From positions 5,270,001-5,334,000 of the forward strand of contig NC_089434.1 in the NCBI RefSeq assembly GCF_026210795.1: DNA of 64,000 bases. Reading direction: 5' to 3'. This DNA comes from Rhizophagus irregularis (Eukaryota). Of this stretch, positions 39,248 to 53,869 are shown one piece after another. Within the stretch, counting starts at the first letter, position 1, and every line of letters starts with the position of its first letter. Below the pieces are notes generated by a model. The model did not search any database, was not told where the DNA came from, and saw only the letters and a list, made by a program, of their open reading frames with translations. A program made the translations under genes and the position numbers.

Positions 39248-41929
39248 TATTTTAATTTTATCCTTTTTGTTATGGTTTTTAATATTAACATAATTCTAAT
39301 AGGCATAATAAATAAAAATACATAATTCAAATAAATTCTAATAATACTGTACTTATTAAATTTTTCTTTAAATTCTTATATTTACTTTTATCAAAGTTCT
39401 TATATTTAATTATATTTATTTATTATATTTATTAAGAATTTTATTTTACCTATATTTTCCGTGAATTCAAATCTTATTTGGATAGATAGCCGAATATCCA
39501 GATATTACCTGCATATCCGCATTATCTGACAGACATCAACGGATACTAATAACAGATAGACACGCTAACCAAATTTTAAGGATGATTTGCATGATACAAT
39601 CACACGAATTATTGTATAATAACAGATTATCAGAAGTACAAACCATTTTATCCCTAACTGTTCTATAACTGTTCTATACGACAACGCGTTCTTTCACCTT
39701 TAATACATTATTGGATCACCCAAAGAAGCTTTAATTATTATTATTTGGTAATTAAATTTATACTAATTAATTCACTCTTGTATCACCAGTATGACTTATT
39801 ATTATTATATAAGCATTAATTAAAAATTGGATATCCTGAATGTACTAGATATTCATCGGATAATGTAAATATCCGGATTGAAAGATAAACTCAAAATCGA
39901 CACTTAATTTATACTTTTTCTTCAATCTGATTAAATTGAACTGACTGATCTCACATGAAAATTAATCGCTACATGTCTCAGCCATATCTCCGTATGATAA
40001 AAAACCAATTTCACATTTTATACATTTTATTTATAATAAAACGTGTTTTTTCATTATCAAAATGGTTTTTCGCGTCGAGGTTTTTCTTTTAAATATGACC
40101 ACTTTCACCCATGAATCTTTTTCTTTTTAAAAAAAAAAAATTTTTTTTTTTAAGATGTTTAACTCTAATCCTAATCCTAAATTTGATACTATCAAGATGT
40201 TAAATTCTACTTCAATAAACAGTTTCTATAACATCTACAACATTGGCTTATCGACTATTAACAACGTAATGCTGAAGTATAGAACCGGCCATTCAGGTAG
40301 TAATTAATTAGAGTCTTTCTATCATATTCTTACCCTCATCATAACATTATTCATTTTTCTAGATTGGTATGGCCGGGTGACCACCAGAAATAGATAACTT
40401 AGCTCGGGAATATTGTACAGTACGTGTAAGTTTTCTTATTTTATTTTTTATCGTTATCTGTTATTATTAATTTCAAGATTATCTTTACTTATATAAGTAA
40501 TTTTATTTAACGTAGTGTTTTTAAAAATTCATGTGCACACCTCCACATATTTCCGCATATCTCGCACATAATTTTTTATAGTAGCCGTAGTGGAAAATAT
40601 TCAAATAATATTATAAATTTAGAATTGGAATTAAAAATTCTAACGTGCAGTTATTTATCATTTGTGGAGTTTTATTTTTATACAATTATATTCAGTTATA
40701 ATAATATATTATTATTTTCTATATGAAAAATTCTTTATAATAAGAAGCAATTCAAGGAATTAATTTTACATATAATACAATAAACATCATATTTTACTGT
40801 TATAGATTTATATATTTATGAAGTATAAACTATAAAATGCTAGTTTTGAAATTATCTTAAAAAAAAAACGTAATAAAAAAAACGTAAATCACTAAAATCA
40901 GTTTAATAAAATATAGAATACTTGTTCACGTTCTTGATTTCTGATACGTAATTTCTTTTTGATCGATTTCAAATATAAAACATAGAGACACTATCTTTCA
41001 TTTTATCGATGAGTAATTATCTAGAGCTCTCGCTTTGATTGATAATAATGATAACAATAATTTATGATATTCTAGATAATTATCAACAATTTTTTTGATT
41101 CGTTCGTTATATTATTGTGTAAATCTGATTAGTTTCCCTGATATAGATTTTGCCGTGTGGCAGAGTGGCATAAAAATGATTCAAAAAACAGAGAAAACCG
41201 GTGAATTTATTTTCGTACATCATACTTGGCTCTCCTAATGATATTTCTTGATCTGTATCAACCTCATTTACATTTATAAATAATCTTGGCCAAAATTATC
41301 AAGAGATTATTGTCCAAAATTAAGAATTATCTAAACTCCAAAAAAAAATTTCGGTAACGTGACTTGACGAATTTTATTGGTCAGATTTATCTTGTACAGC
41401 ATTTTATATCAGAAAAATTAAGTGAAGGAACATTTATCTTAAAAAGTTCTAGTAAATGAATACTGTTATTACTGTAAGTGCATATTATTATAACAATCAA
41501 AAATAATATAGCACATAGATACTTTGCATGTAGTTCTTAATGAAAAAATATGCAAAGAAATTAGTTTGGGTTCGGCCCTTTGGCGCTATTTCCAACAATT
41601 GATCGTGCTTGCTGATTAAATGTCGCATATTGTGATGGGGTGATGAGGAATTATTATTGTCAACATTGAAAAACAATAAGTTTCTTGGGAAATGAACCAG
41701 ATTAGATTCAGGATCCCAGAATCCCGGTTCATATACAGTAGTACAAAAAATTGGAATGTTTATTAATGTGGCATTGTGGCTGTGTGGCAATGACATTTAT
41801 TACGTAATATCTTAGGGGTAAAAGAATATGATGTATTATATGCGGGGTTAAGACTTATAACAAATGGATAAATGTCACTGCCCTAAGGTCGCGGTAATTC
41901 ATTTTATTTTTATTGCACTTTTCTTCTAA

Positions 41930-43790
41930 TTTGTGATGTAGAAAATATAATTGCCTGTATGGCATATTTAGTTTGCTTTTCCTTACAAGCTTGAGAATAA
42001 AAACAATAATTCGAATGCACATAAGAAGATATTTCTGTGGCTACCACAAAATCTAAAAAATTTCTCTGAGTTCTGCTACCCCATGCAAATTACTTAATAA
42101 AATAAAATTACTAGATTACGGGAAATTACCGAACAAAATCGGACAATTTTTCCGGGTAATTATAATCACTCAATAATCACAACGTACACAACAATTCTGT
42201 CACCCGAGTGTACTCAAAACAATTAATTGTTACACGAACGATCACTAATAAACTTTAGTAAATCGATTGATATTTCTTTGTAATAAAAAAATAAAATTAA
42301 TAATCATAATTACAATTACTTATTTTTCTTTTAACTTAGATATTGTTTGTATTAAATAAATCTGTCTCCATAAAACGCTTTGAACGTTACATGTTACTAT
42401 TTATTTAATTGGTTCTGGAGTCATAAACGATCCAATTTGGAATACTTTATATGTTTAAATTTATTTGTACTGAAAGAAAACATTACAAATTCTGTAAATA
42501 ACAAAAAACAAAAGAGTTTATTGATTTAGGAAGAGTTTCAGTAAAAAAAACACGAATCAACGTTTCGAAATCGAATTAAAGAATCCATTAACTGTTAATG
42601 AATCGTATTATTTAGATTATCACATGTTAATTTTTAAAAAGTTTATTACAATTATTATAATTAAACCATTCCTAATTGCTGTAATACATCTATCTGAAAT
42701 CCTTTGTTTGAAATTTTATGTGTGCTGAAAGAAAACATTACAAATTCTGTAAATAACAAAAAACAAGGGTTTATTGATTTAGAAAGGATTTCAGTAAAAA
42801 AAAAACAACACGAATCAACGTTTCGAAATCGGATTAAAGAATCCATTAACTGTTAATGAATCGTATTATTTAGATTATCACATGCTAATTTTTAAAAAGT
42901 TTATTACAATTATTATAATTAAACCATTCCTAATTGCTGTAATACATCTATCTGAAATCCTTTGTTTGAAATTTTATGTGTGCTGAAAGAAAACATTACA
43001 AATTCTGTAAATAACAAAAAACAAAAGAGTTTATTGATTTAGGAAGGATTTCAGTAAAAAAAACACGAATCAACGTTTCGAAATCGGATTAAAGAATCCA
43101 TTAACTGTTAATGAATCGTATTATTTAGATTATCCATGCTAATTTTTAAAAGTTTATTACAATAATTATATTAAACCATTCCTGATCGCTGTGAAGAATC
43201 ACTATATTTGTATAATACATATGATTCGGGAATTTGTTTACCCGTCCCTATTACGGCATTTCTTTGATAATCCATATTAATTGGTACGCGTACATCATTA
43301 TTTGTACTATAATCAAAAAACTGGAGTCGGAGAACAATGAGCAAACAAATAAGGAAATTAATTAATCCTTAGAATAGTAGACAGCCAGCCCTTAATTCTT
43401 GTTTTATACATGGTCTTTCTTTCGAAGCTAAATTTCGTTTAAAATATCAAAACATTGAATCATTATTATTTATATTTAATTTATAAAAGTACAAAATCTT
43501 GTACAAACAAATATAAAATATTTATTCTATTTAATTCTATTTCGAAATATCACTTTACAATCAGTTCCAATAATTAAGTATTTTCCTTCAAAAAATGTCC
43601 ATTGACCCAATTGTAATTTTGAGGAGTACCGAATATATTGGTGACTCAGGGTCAACTCAGATAATTTAGGGTTCAGCCTGAATGTTAAATTTTTATCTTC
43701 CTTATCATTTCTAAATTGAGTTTCTTTTATTCCTTTAAACAAAGTTCTTTTAATAAAGAAAAATAGACCGTTCGTTCTAATTATAAGAAG
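41930..43790. repeat. Dispersed duplicated segment, copy 2 (paralog of ~1070-2280)
   Basis: Same collinear blocks as copy 1, expanded by an internal triplication. Confidence 0.85.
42460..43185. repeat. Near-identical ~257-bp tandem triplication
   Basis: CTGAAAGAAAACATTACAAATTCTGTAAATAAC starts at 42470, 42725 and 42983. Confidence 0.93.
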
Positions 43791-44871
43791 AGATCCATAA
43801 ATATTTATAAATATATAATAATAAATTTAATACGGTTGATTCATTAATCGTTTACTTTATTCCGAATTTATTTTACTATTAAATTATATAGTCATATCGG
43901 CGGATATGTTCGTTTGCATGTGATAATTTAATAGTGTTTGATTCCCCATTACTATGTATGCAATGAGTCATATCGGCCCATACGTATACTGTGTTGTAAT
44001 GCAAAGAGAAAACAAACTCATTGGATCTGGGGCAAAATCTTGAGGAGAAAAATTGTGTTTCATAATAATAATAATAATAACGTTAGGATGTCTTTAGAAC
44101 GTGAATCGAAACCATATCGTGACCAAGTTGAGATTTTTTCATAGATCTTATATGATTTCACATCATTACGAATAAAGTTGAACCAGGTCTTACAAAAATG
44201 GTTATCAAAATTAACGTTATTGTAAATGCATAATTAAGTTATAGTAAATGTAAGTAAATTAATTTATTTTATTATTCTAACCTCATTATTAAGTACTTTG
44301 ATTTCTTCTCAATTTTGTTATACTTTATCTCTGGCCTGATTTAATTTCAAATTTTGGCAAATTAAGTAATTGGCCCATTTTGAAATGATTTGATACCTTG
44401 AATTGATGTTATATATTTACCATTACTGATTGTTTTCCTATTGGCTAGCTTTCTTCTTATATCATTCTATATATATGATAAAAATTTTTTTTTGACAATG
44501 TTTTTTTCAAACTTTGTTTAAAAATATCTGTTAGAGAGCCAGAATTTTTATCTGTTCTTCAAATAAACTTTAAAAAGACATAATGTAAATAAAGTTTATG
44601 ATAAAAAACTACTATATAAAATTAGTAAGTTGTAAACTTTTAAGTTAAAATTGTGAATTCTTTAAATACTAGTTTAACTTTAGATTTTGTAAAACTTTTT
44701 AATGACTTAATAATAGTTTAATTAGTAAAGTAATTTATATTAAAAAATTATTGACCATTATTTATTCAAATAAAATTTAACCTATAAAATACAAAATATT
44801 TTATATTTGTAAAATAATAATTATTTTAAGAGGTTAAATAAATTAATTTTAATAAACCAAAATTATACTTA

Positions 44872-46097
44872 CAGTGCTGGTAAAAAGTAATCAAAATTGC
44901 AAAAAATGTAATAAATAAGAAACCAATGATTAAAATTGCTTCAAATTTTACAGATTTATTGCCAAATAGGTTAACATTAAGTGTATAAAATTCAGCTTTT
45001 TCTTGTCTTACAATAATTTTTTTTCCAAAGAAACCATTAAAAATTTAAGTAAAGTAAAAATTTAATAAAGATTTAATATTGCTTTTAATTATTAACAATC
45101 AACATATATAATTATAATAAAAAATTATAAACATAAAAATATACTTTTAAAAAAAATTTGGTTGTTATTTAATTAGTTAGTTTTTCTATAAATTAATATT
45201 AATATTATTAATAATCATTAAAATAAAATAAATTTTAGATATATTACATTTGTTTTAATTGACATTTTTCCAAATATTTTAAATATTATTAAACTACTAT
45301 ATATTATGAGCTATAGTACCTTCCTATATATAGTACCTCTCTTGAAAAATTTCATAAAATTATATGGGTATTTTACATTTATCTCGTAATCTAGTGATCA
45401 GATTTGAACTATCTTTTTTTGTCAAAATAAAAAATGATCATTCAAATTGAACTGGTAGATTGTGAGATATTTGCAAAAAATGGAATTTTTAAGTTTTATT
45501 TAGTACTTAGTCAAACCTCCAATTTTTGCAAAATACCCAGGATACTATAGCCTATAATATATGGTAATATTAAAAAACTTTATTATAATCCTTTATTTAA
45601 TTTTGAATTTAATTTATTTTATTAAAATTAAAGGTTAGAACTAAGTTGTGATTAATATAATAAAGAAACTTTGATTTCTTAATAAAATTAGTTTAATATA
45701 AAATTTAATATATAACTATTTAACCTTTAATAAATTGCAATTAAATGTTATATTAAAATTTTCAGATTTTTTATAGATTAAATATACTATTACAATTTAT
45801 TTTTTAAATTAAAAAATCAATTGTAGACAAAGAAATAAAATAAAAGGCTGACAATTTATAAATATATAGTAGTAATATTATATATATTGCCCAAATTATT
45901 TTGGCACTTTACATAGTAAATTACATATAAACTGAATGAATTATAGTATTTTAAATTATAATTATAACATCCTAAAATAATTTTGGCAGCATATATAAGT
46001 AATATTTAGTAAGAATTTACAAAATTTGAAGAAATTTTAATTATTAATTTTTTATTTATCATATTTTTTGCAATTCCAATTATTTTTTGCTAGTATG
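44872..46097. mobile_element. Old non-autonomous Tc1/mariner-type element with long decayed TIRs
   Basis: TA-CAGTGCTGGTAAAAAGTAATCAAAATTGCAAAAAATG...AAAATTGCTTCAAATTTT aligns over ~85 bp with the reverse complement of 46014-46097, which is followed by TA. Confidence 0.65.
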
Positions 46098-46849
46098 TAT
46101 GTGTTTGGCATTTACAAAATATATCAATATACCAAATTATCATTATATATGGGTTATCAGTGAATCATAATGCAGGCCAAACCCAACTTTTGCCAGCATT
46201 ATACAAACTCCAGATAGCTAATTAAATCTTATGTCATGTGATTTGGATAGAACCTTTATGTTAACTCTGGCTAAATTTATAGTGTTGGCCTGAATTAATA
46301 TCAGTGTAACCTAAAGTATCAGTACGATACAATTTATTATATAAAGGGGTAAAGAAAAATGTTACAACTTACAATCCGCTACATAATGCTATATAATTTA
46401 AGATCCAATCCAAATAGAAGTTGAAAAGAAATAGGAATCTGAATCCGAATCTTACTCTAAGAACTAAGAAATATTGAATATACGTTGCAAGTGTTTGGAT
46501 CTTAACTCTAGAGAACATATAAAATAAAAATAATATAAAATCCTTTTAATAAAATTCGTAAAAGGTATTCGTAAAACGATAATATGTTTTATCATTCAAC
46601 GATATATGCTTGCATAAAGGAATACGCAGTTTAGTAGTAGCATTCGCACCTTATATTTCTTGCTGCGCAAATATAAGATGTACAGTATTATGTAATATTA
46701 CGTAAGGTTCCAGGGCGCTTTTCCACAGCCCATTTTTATGCATTATCAACTAACAAATCAGTAACAAGATAATCTACATAAAAATTTGCATATAATCACG
46801 CTCAGTTGTTTTATTTTACAATAAAAAAATGCAAGTTAATACTAGCAAT

Positions 46850-47570
46850 TTAAACAAACGTGAATTTAAAAGAATTGGCTCCAGAAACATGGCAAAAGTT
46901 TGCCGTCTAAAGAAAGTTGTTGAAGAGGTAATTATTATACAAGTGAATTTTATTTTAACGTATATCAAATTTTTAAAACAACTCCATTCATGTTTTAGAA
47001 GATTGAAGTAAATTCTGGTAAAAATAATATTCATTTTTACGGCAATATAAGAGGTATAATGAATGCTTTAAATATTTTTGAAATATATATATATATAAAA
47101 TATAATTACCTTTTGTGAGACCTAAAATAATTTTTTCAAAATTTCGGTAGAATACGCTGATTGCGGTGCTCTTAGTGCCGAACTTATCTGGAAAGATAAA
47201 ATCAATATGGCAATTCAATTATTTCATGTTGTATTGTCCATACATAATGAAGGAATTGCGCATCATGATTTGGTAAATTTTACATTCTTATTTTTCTTAT
47301 TTTGTATTGTTATTATATTATAATTTTAATATTTGTTATTTATTGCATCTGATAACAGCGTTTCAATATTATGATGTTAATTCAAAAAAATATTAAATTA
47401 GCAAATCTTGGTTTGCATCTCAATAAGTATGCATTGGTGTACTATTATGGGAAATATCTAGTGGACATTCCCCGTTTCATCCTGAACCAAGAAATGCATT
47501 TACTTGGAGAATTGTAGAGACAACTGTTCCTAATATACCTAAAGATTATGTAAAAATTTATACTGGTAAA
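46850..47570 (+). pseudogene. Decayed tyrosine-kinase-like (TKL) protein kinase
   Basis: DKINMAIQL....SIHNEGIAHHDL|intron, IKLANLGL (decayed DFG), LLWEISSGHSP and PNIPKDYVKIYT|intron appear in kinase subdomain order. Confidence 0.75.
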
Positions 47571-50500
47571 TATAATATAATCTTATTCTCTAATTATTTA
47601 AATTATAAATATGCTTACACACACACATATATTTATATTTATTTATTTTTATATATATCTCTCTTCTTGTCATCATTTATGAACAGAATCCACAAATTCT
47701 TGTTATACTGCAAAGGACAATGTTGATGAAAGGAGATATCTCGCGAACGATTCTATACCTGAACTACAACCTGGGAGAAATGTCAATTGAAATTCACTCA
47801 CAATGCGGGCTCTGAGCATGTCCAATATCCATGAAGCGTTATAGTTGATTAGTTGATCTTACAAGGATGAAATGAAGTGGAAAATTTTATAACCCAATAC
47901 AATATCGTTTTTATGTATGAAAGGGATCTATAGGTGTATGCGGGACAAGTCGCTCAACAAATTAAGTAAATTAGAAACTTAATAATGAATTTACTCTTTT
48001 ATTTTTTATTTTTAAATAAAAATCTTTAATTAAAAAATTTAAAATTTTTGAATATTTGATCACATGAAAGTACGTGTCTTACAATTTATAAAATTCTACA
48101 TGTGGCAGTGCGTATCTTGCCATACGGATAAATGTTGATGATTGTCTTTTTCGCTTACGGATATGTTAATTTTAATTATCAGCAACTATAATCTAAAAGT
48201 TTCATTGCATCATTTAAGGAAGATTCCAAGGGTAAGTCTTTAATTTGGTTTTTAATTAATTCATTTTTATTTTTTTTTTTAACTTGGAGGTTTCATATTA
48301 AACATTAATACCTTAAATTTATTTTTTTGCTCAGAAGTCGATAAATTTTTATTGCAAGGGGTTTGGAATTTTTTGTTCTAAAATGACCAGACATCATAAA
48401 AAGAAATGATTTTTGTGTCAAATGTGATGATATTCAAGGGGGGAGGGGGATATATATATATATCAAGATTAGGGAAGCCATTATGAGCATGAAGGGATGG
48501 TGCGCACTGCATGGTTTAAGATAGGTGGTATCCGCCCAACTGCATCTAACATTCCTCAGGATAAAGGGTATAATAAATCATTAGATAAATTATGGAAGAC
48601 ACTGATAGTTTCAATATTAGTGATTACGTAGATATTATTTCTTCTCCAGAATATCAAAAAAAAAAATTTTTTTTTCTTTTAATCATAATTAATAAACGCG
48701 AATTTTATTAGTATATTCAAGGGAACAGGTTAAAGATCAGTTATGCAAATGTGATTAATATTATTGTTAAAATATCAAAATAAAGAATTTCACCCATTAA
48801 GAGATTATTCCATGTTCATTTACCATTCTCATTGATGAAAGTATTAATCAAGTACATTTTAAATAATAAATATAGATATCGATCTAATTTTAAAAAAATT
48901 TTCTGTCCCTATCTATGATACAGCATTAAATATTGCAATATGGATTATAATATTTTATTAATGGAAACATCTTAATTAGACTATTAATAATATAGAATAA
49001 AAAAATTATATGATAAATAAAAAAATAATTAATACATATAACTGTGGTGTTGAACACCAATGGTGTGATTTATAATTTTTGTAATTAATTAATTAATAAT
49101 ATTTTATTGTTATATATGATTAGAATAAATTATTATTCGCTTATCTCTCACCTCATTTTGATGTTTTTTTATTGTAAGAAGAAATCCGAAAGCTTTAGTG
49201 CTGACGAACTCGTGGTAAAGGTTTAATATTCTTTTTTTTAAAAAAATTTATACTTCAATAATTTTTTTTTTGTACTTGTAATCCTCAACCTCTTCATTGA
49301 TCGAAAATTGTGTACAATATCCTATATAACGCGCTTAAATATACAAATATATTGATAGACATCCTACATGAAGAAATATTCCAATTTTAAAATGTAATTC
49401 GAAATCATCAAGAAAAGAGCAATCTACTCAAGAGCTAGAATTCCTTACTTTTTCGCGCAAAAACCCGAAGGAATCTGATTTCCAAAATTGTCTATAATTT
49501 TTTTTAAAAAAATAAATAAATTAATTAATTAATTCTTGTCAAAAATTCTTACCAAAAAAGTTTCGAGGTTACTTTTCTAAAAATCAACTGCTAAAATAGA
49601 TTTGCAAGTTTAAAGTCCTTTACATACTATGTTTTTTTTTGTCACTATTCGATCCACAACATCATCATTTTCTATTATTAGACTTAGGAACGAGGTGATA
49701 CGTGGAGTAGAGTTACAATAACCAAATATTAGCGAACCCCACAAAGCGATCGATCCATCTCGCACAACGGTTCCCCAAATCCCTCGACATTGTGATCCAC
49801 ATCCTCGTATATTCTGGGATAATTTAGATGTGAGCAGTGTGTCGTTCAGACGTTATTGAAACCCATACTAGGATAGCAACCTTAAACCATCACCACCATC
49901 TTCTGATCCTTTCTTCAATTAATTTTTTTTTAATTCTCTCGTTGGTTGTGGTGTAAATTGTAATTAAAAAAAAAAAAGTGTGAAAGGATTATGGCGATAA
50001 GTTGATATATTTTATAAGTTGAATAAATTAAAGTTTTTAAAAACGTGGAGAATACTAAGGCAAATGTTTTTATTTCGAAAGATATAGTTTTTATTTTTAG
50101 AGAATAAAAATTTGAAATTTGATTTTGATGAAAGTTCAAACATGCCAAAAATGAGTATATATTGTTTGTTGGGTAATTATTTTAAATAAAATTATAATAA
50201 TTCAGTTTAATGACGAATGTAACATAAACACACAACAGACTTTTGAGAGACATCTCGTTTTGCAACAGATTTCTGAAAGACATCTTGTTTTGCCCCCCAG
50301 GAAATCACTAGCAGAGTTATAGAATCACCACTATGGTCTTTAGAACTCGAACTTCTATTAATGAATATCTACAATAAAAAAAATAAATAAATTATTATTA
50401 AAACGATTCAATTTGATGATATAACAAAAAAAATATTATTACTAAATAACATCACAAACAGAACTATAGAATTACCATTATATTCAGCATCAACCTTAAA

Positions 50501-52222
50501 GGTTACCCGCTGAGACCCATATGCGAAAATAAAAATTTAAGATATACAGATTTCAGTTATATTATACCAGATTCCATATTTTTTTTTAATTTTTTTTTTT
50601 CAAAATATTATTGTTTAACAAAGTCTTTTCCCGCTGATTTTACCAAGTCCCATTTCTTGTGCTAGATGTGCTAGATATTGGATGACTACTTTAAGATTTC
50701 CACCGTTTACCCACGCTTGATCGGATGTAAAAATGAATCATTTTCAAAACTCATTTGATAAATTAAAATCAAAATTTTGTTCTATCCAAGTTTCGGGAAG
50801 AAATCATATTGTAACAGCACCCTTTAACAGAAATAAAAGTGCTACCTTTTTTTAATTAATCGGTCAACAGACAGATTCCCATCAGTTTCAAGTTGATTGT
50901 TAATCGCTCATCGGATATACCGGCTCAATTATACAAGCCAAACCCCTTTCAGTCTAATAGATCCAACATCGACAGAGACAATGCCCTCGAAATCAGTTTC
51001 TCTTAACGATACAGAACAAAGAACTAAATTCAATTTTTATGTAAAAAGCTGGCCTCCACAAAGGTCTACTAGAAACCCTACTTGCTAATCTTTCGGCATT
51101 ATAACCTTCGGATGCAAGTTTGATAGGTCCCATAACAAGAAAAATTAATGGTTCCATATAGAAATAGTCAACGCCAAACCAGTCAGCGTTTGGTATTCAT
51201 AGTTTACGGAAGTTAATTAATTATCTCACGTCCTAAAAAGGCTATCATATGACTTAATGACGAAAGTCGAACCCTTTCATATAGTGCAGAAGCTGGCTGA
51301 CAAACGACGTAACTAACACTAATATTTTAAGAGTTTCGGCGCCTGTTTTTCCAACCTTTTGAAAAAAATCTGAAGATCTCGGCAAGTCATATGAATTTAA
51401 TTGATAGGTCAGGTGAGATCGACACTCTAACAGACGGTCGGGGCTTGAAAGATATATCTGCGAGTTTAATAGTATCCTTTAGACTTTAGTATAGAATTTC
51501 CTTTCCCCAGTTGTATCTTTTTCTTTGTTTTCCAGTTTTGTGAATAAAATAATAATCTACGCTTAAATCAAAATCATTTAATAAAACAACTTGATAATAA
51601 AAGATTTTGAGGGACTAAAACAAGAAGATGCAGCAAGTTCTAAAGAACAAGATCCTATGAGGCTGTGACTTTGAATTAAACTCTTTCTCGTTTTTTTTAT
51701 ATTCTATGTTCGAAAGGTGATAATTACATAAAATTTCAGATAACCGGGAAAACGTTAATTTTTCATGTTAAAGAATCTGACAAAGATTGTACGATAAAAC
51801 GTTTCTATTTTTACTAATTAATTAAGACTATTTGAGACGATATACACTAAACAATCATTTCCATATTATATATGATAATATGATTGAATTCACTAATCAT
51901 ATCAACATATGATGACGCCAAAAGCTTATTATGTAAACGCAGTGCTATTTACGGTTGGATTAGTTGTTATTGTTTCCAAATATATGCTAGAGATTTTTTT
52001 GAAGAATGTCAATTATGTTTCAAACTTTCAATATCGGAGTTCTATTCCTATCTCCATCTTCATATTTACCAAATTAAGAGATAAAAAATTTCACACGAGC
52101 TCATATACTGCAATATAATTGGATTTCACTAAAAAGAGGATGAGCGGAACATAAGCATTTACCATGGGCCCCTTTTTCACAAAAAAAGGCTTATCATCAT
52201 TACGGTGATTTACTGTATATGC

Positions 52223-53035
52223 TATATAAACAGGTTAGGGCTTATTCACTCAAAATAATTTTGAACTTCTAGCAAAAAAAATATTTTAACATTAAATTAA
52301 TGCACATTATAAATTCTTCTAATCTTTCAACAACTCCTCTTCTTTCACAAGTAAGAAAAAGGATGAGATAGTTATGCTGATTATAACAAATTTAAATTTT
52401 GACTAACGTATTTTTATTTCTTAGATACATTTCAAACAAATTATACAAGTAAACTAGGTACAGTAATCGTTAATCTTATTCTGAATAGTCATCAATTTCA
52501 AAATTTCAAGTTTATTTTGAACTCATTCCTTTTATTAATTTTTTTAATCTAAAGTCATGCTCAAGAAGAAGGAGACATCAATCTGGCTGCCTCGATATAC
52601 AGTAGCCAGATTGATGAGCGGCATAAATAATATAATAACAATTATTACTCTACGTAATAATTGTTATTATATTAGTTATGCCGAAAGTGCAAATATCAAG
52701 GAGAAATAGATTCGGTATTTGATTGTTTACTTAAACTGACTTAAACTGATCCACAACTTATTTAGACTTATTTTATTTATTTCTCTTTTTAAGTTGCCTT
52801 AACAATGCTATAAAAATTGGAGAGGCAAGCTTCTCCGAGGTATATACGGCGTACGCGCCTGAATTTACTTCCACACTTATATACTTCGGAGAAGTTATTT
52901 ACGGCATACGGGCCTAATTTTACTTGTATACTTATTTTCAACACTTTTAACTTTTTATTTCTTTTATTATTACTATTGTATTATTTATTACCTTTGTATT
53001 ATTTATTAACTCAAATTGATATTGGAAAATAAAAT
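52223..53035 (+). ncRNA. Candidate spliced multi-hairpin non-coding RNA gene, copy A
   Basis: TATATAAACAGGTT at 52223. Introns 52351-52424 (GTAAG...GACTAAC...TAG) and 52458-52554. Hairpins at 52576-52616, 52619-52683 and 52828-52896. AATAAA at 53028. No expression evidence. Confidence 0.55.
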
Positions 53036-53509
53036 CTATAAATTCACTTTTTTTTTTTAATAAAAATTTTTTTTTATACATTATTTTTGGTTATACGAGT
53101 ATTAGTCAATACTGAATGCTGGTTAGTGGTTAGTGATACTATATGAATAATTAACGAAATAATCAGATTACCGGCCAAAGTTATTATTACAAATAACAAT
53201 TTTTACTTTTTTTAAAATGAAATAATTAAGTCACTCCGGAGACCGGACAATACACTATGAAGATTTTGTAGTCACATGTACTGTACATTCCCGTGATATT
53301 AAACCAATAAAATTGAAAATAATTTTTTGCTTCGGAACAAAATTATTCATGGATAATAATAATCGATTACTCCATTATATACTGAATTTCATTGTAATAT
53401 TTATTTTGCAACTACAGATCACTAATAACTCTGATTTTTATTATAATAAACGATTCACATTTTTTTCACGTAATATTTAACAAATAAAATGAATAAAATT
53501 CTTTATTAT

Positions 53510-53800
53510 AATATAGTGAACACAAATGTTTTACAATATTGATGTTTTAATAAAATAGATACAATATAGTGAATACAAATGTTTTAATAAAATAGATACA
53601 ATATAGTGAATACAAATGATTTAATAGAATAGATACAATATAATGAATACAAATGATTTAATAGAATAGATACAATATAGTGAATACAAATGTTTTAATA
53701 GAATAGATACAATATAGTGAATACAAATGATTTAATAGAATAGATACAATATAGTGAATACAAATGTTTTAATAGAATAGATACAATATAGTGAATATAA
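53510..53800. repeat. 37-bp minisatellite, ~7 copies
   Basis: TAGATAC recurs at 53556, 53593, 53630, 53667, 53704, 53741 and 53778; unit AATATAGTGAATACAAATG(T/A)TTTAATA(G/A)AATAGATAC. Confidence 0.95.
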
Positions 53801-53869
53801 ACACTAAAAACCATAATAACCATAATAACTGATTTTGATCATTAACAATATTTTAAATGATAATTTAAA

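Noticed and set aside
40155..40393. Small two-exon ORF (~58 aa, MFNSNPNPKF...)
   Set aside because: Splice sites are plausible but there is no recognisable homology or other support.
45308..46300. Several small nested inverted repeats (~45308-45552, ~45882-45995, ~46170-46295) as MITEs
   Set aside because: Arms are short and degenerate with no convincing TSDs.
51170..51480. SSU rRNA or group I intron (NUMT) remnant
   Set aside because: Only a short resemblance (minus-strand CCGTAAACTATGAATAC; plus-strand AAGATATA). Flanking rRNA motifs and a P7 pairing were not found. BLASTN would settle it.
51884..52118. Short ORFs (66-69 aa) as genes
   Set aside because: They overlap the promoter block shared with copies B and C, where the reading frame is not conserved.
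52557..52709. 50-aa ORF MLKKKETSIW... as the product of cassette A
   Set aside because: It has no counterpart in copies B or C and runs through two near-perfect hairpins. Not formally excluded without ribosome profiling.
52576..52740. Hammerhead ribozyme (TTGATGAG-stem-CGAAA)
   Set aside because: The core begins with U rather than C, TTGATG is sequestered by a perfect upstream complement, stem II is out of register, and no stem III with an NUH site could be built.
53510..53800. CRISPR-like array (37-bp period)
   Set aside because: Units are head-to-tail with no unique spacers, there are no cas genes and the context is eukaryotic; it is a minisatellite.
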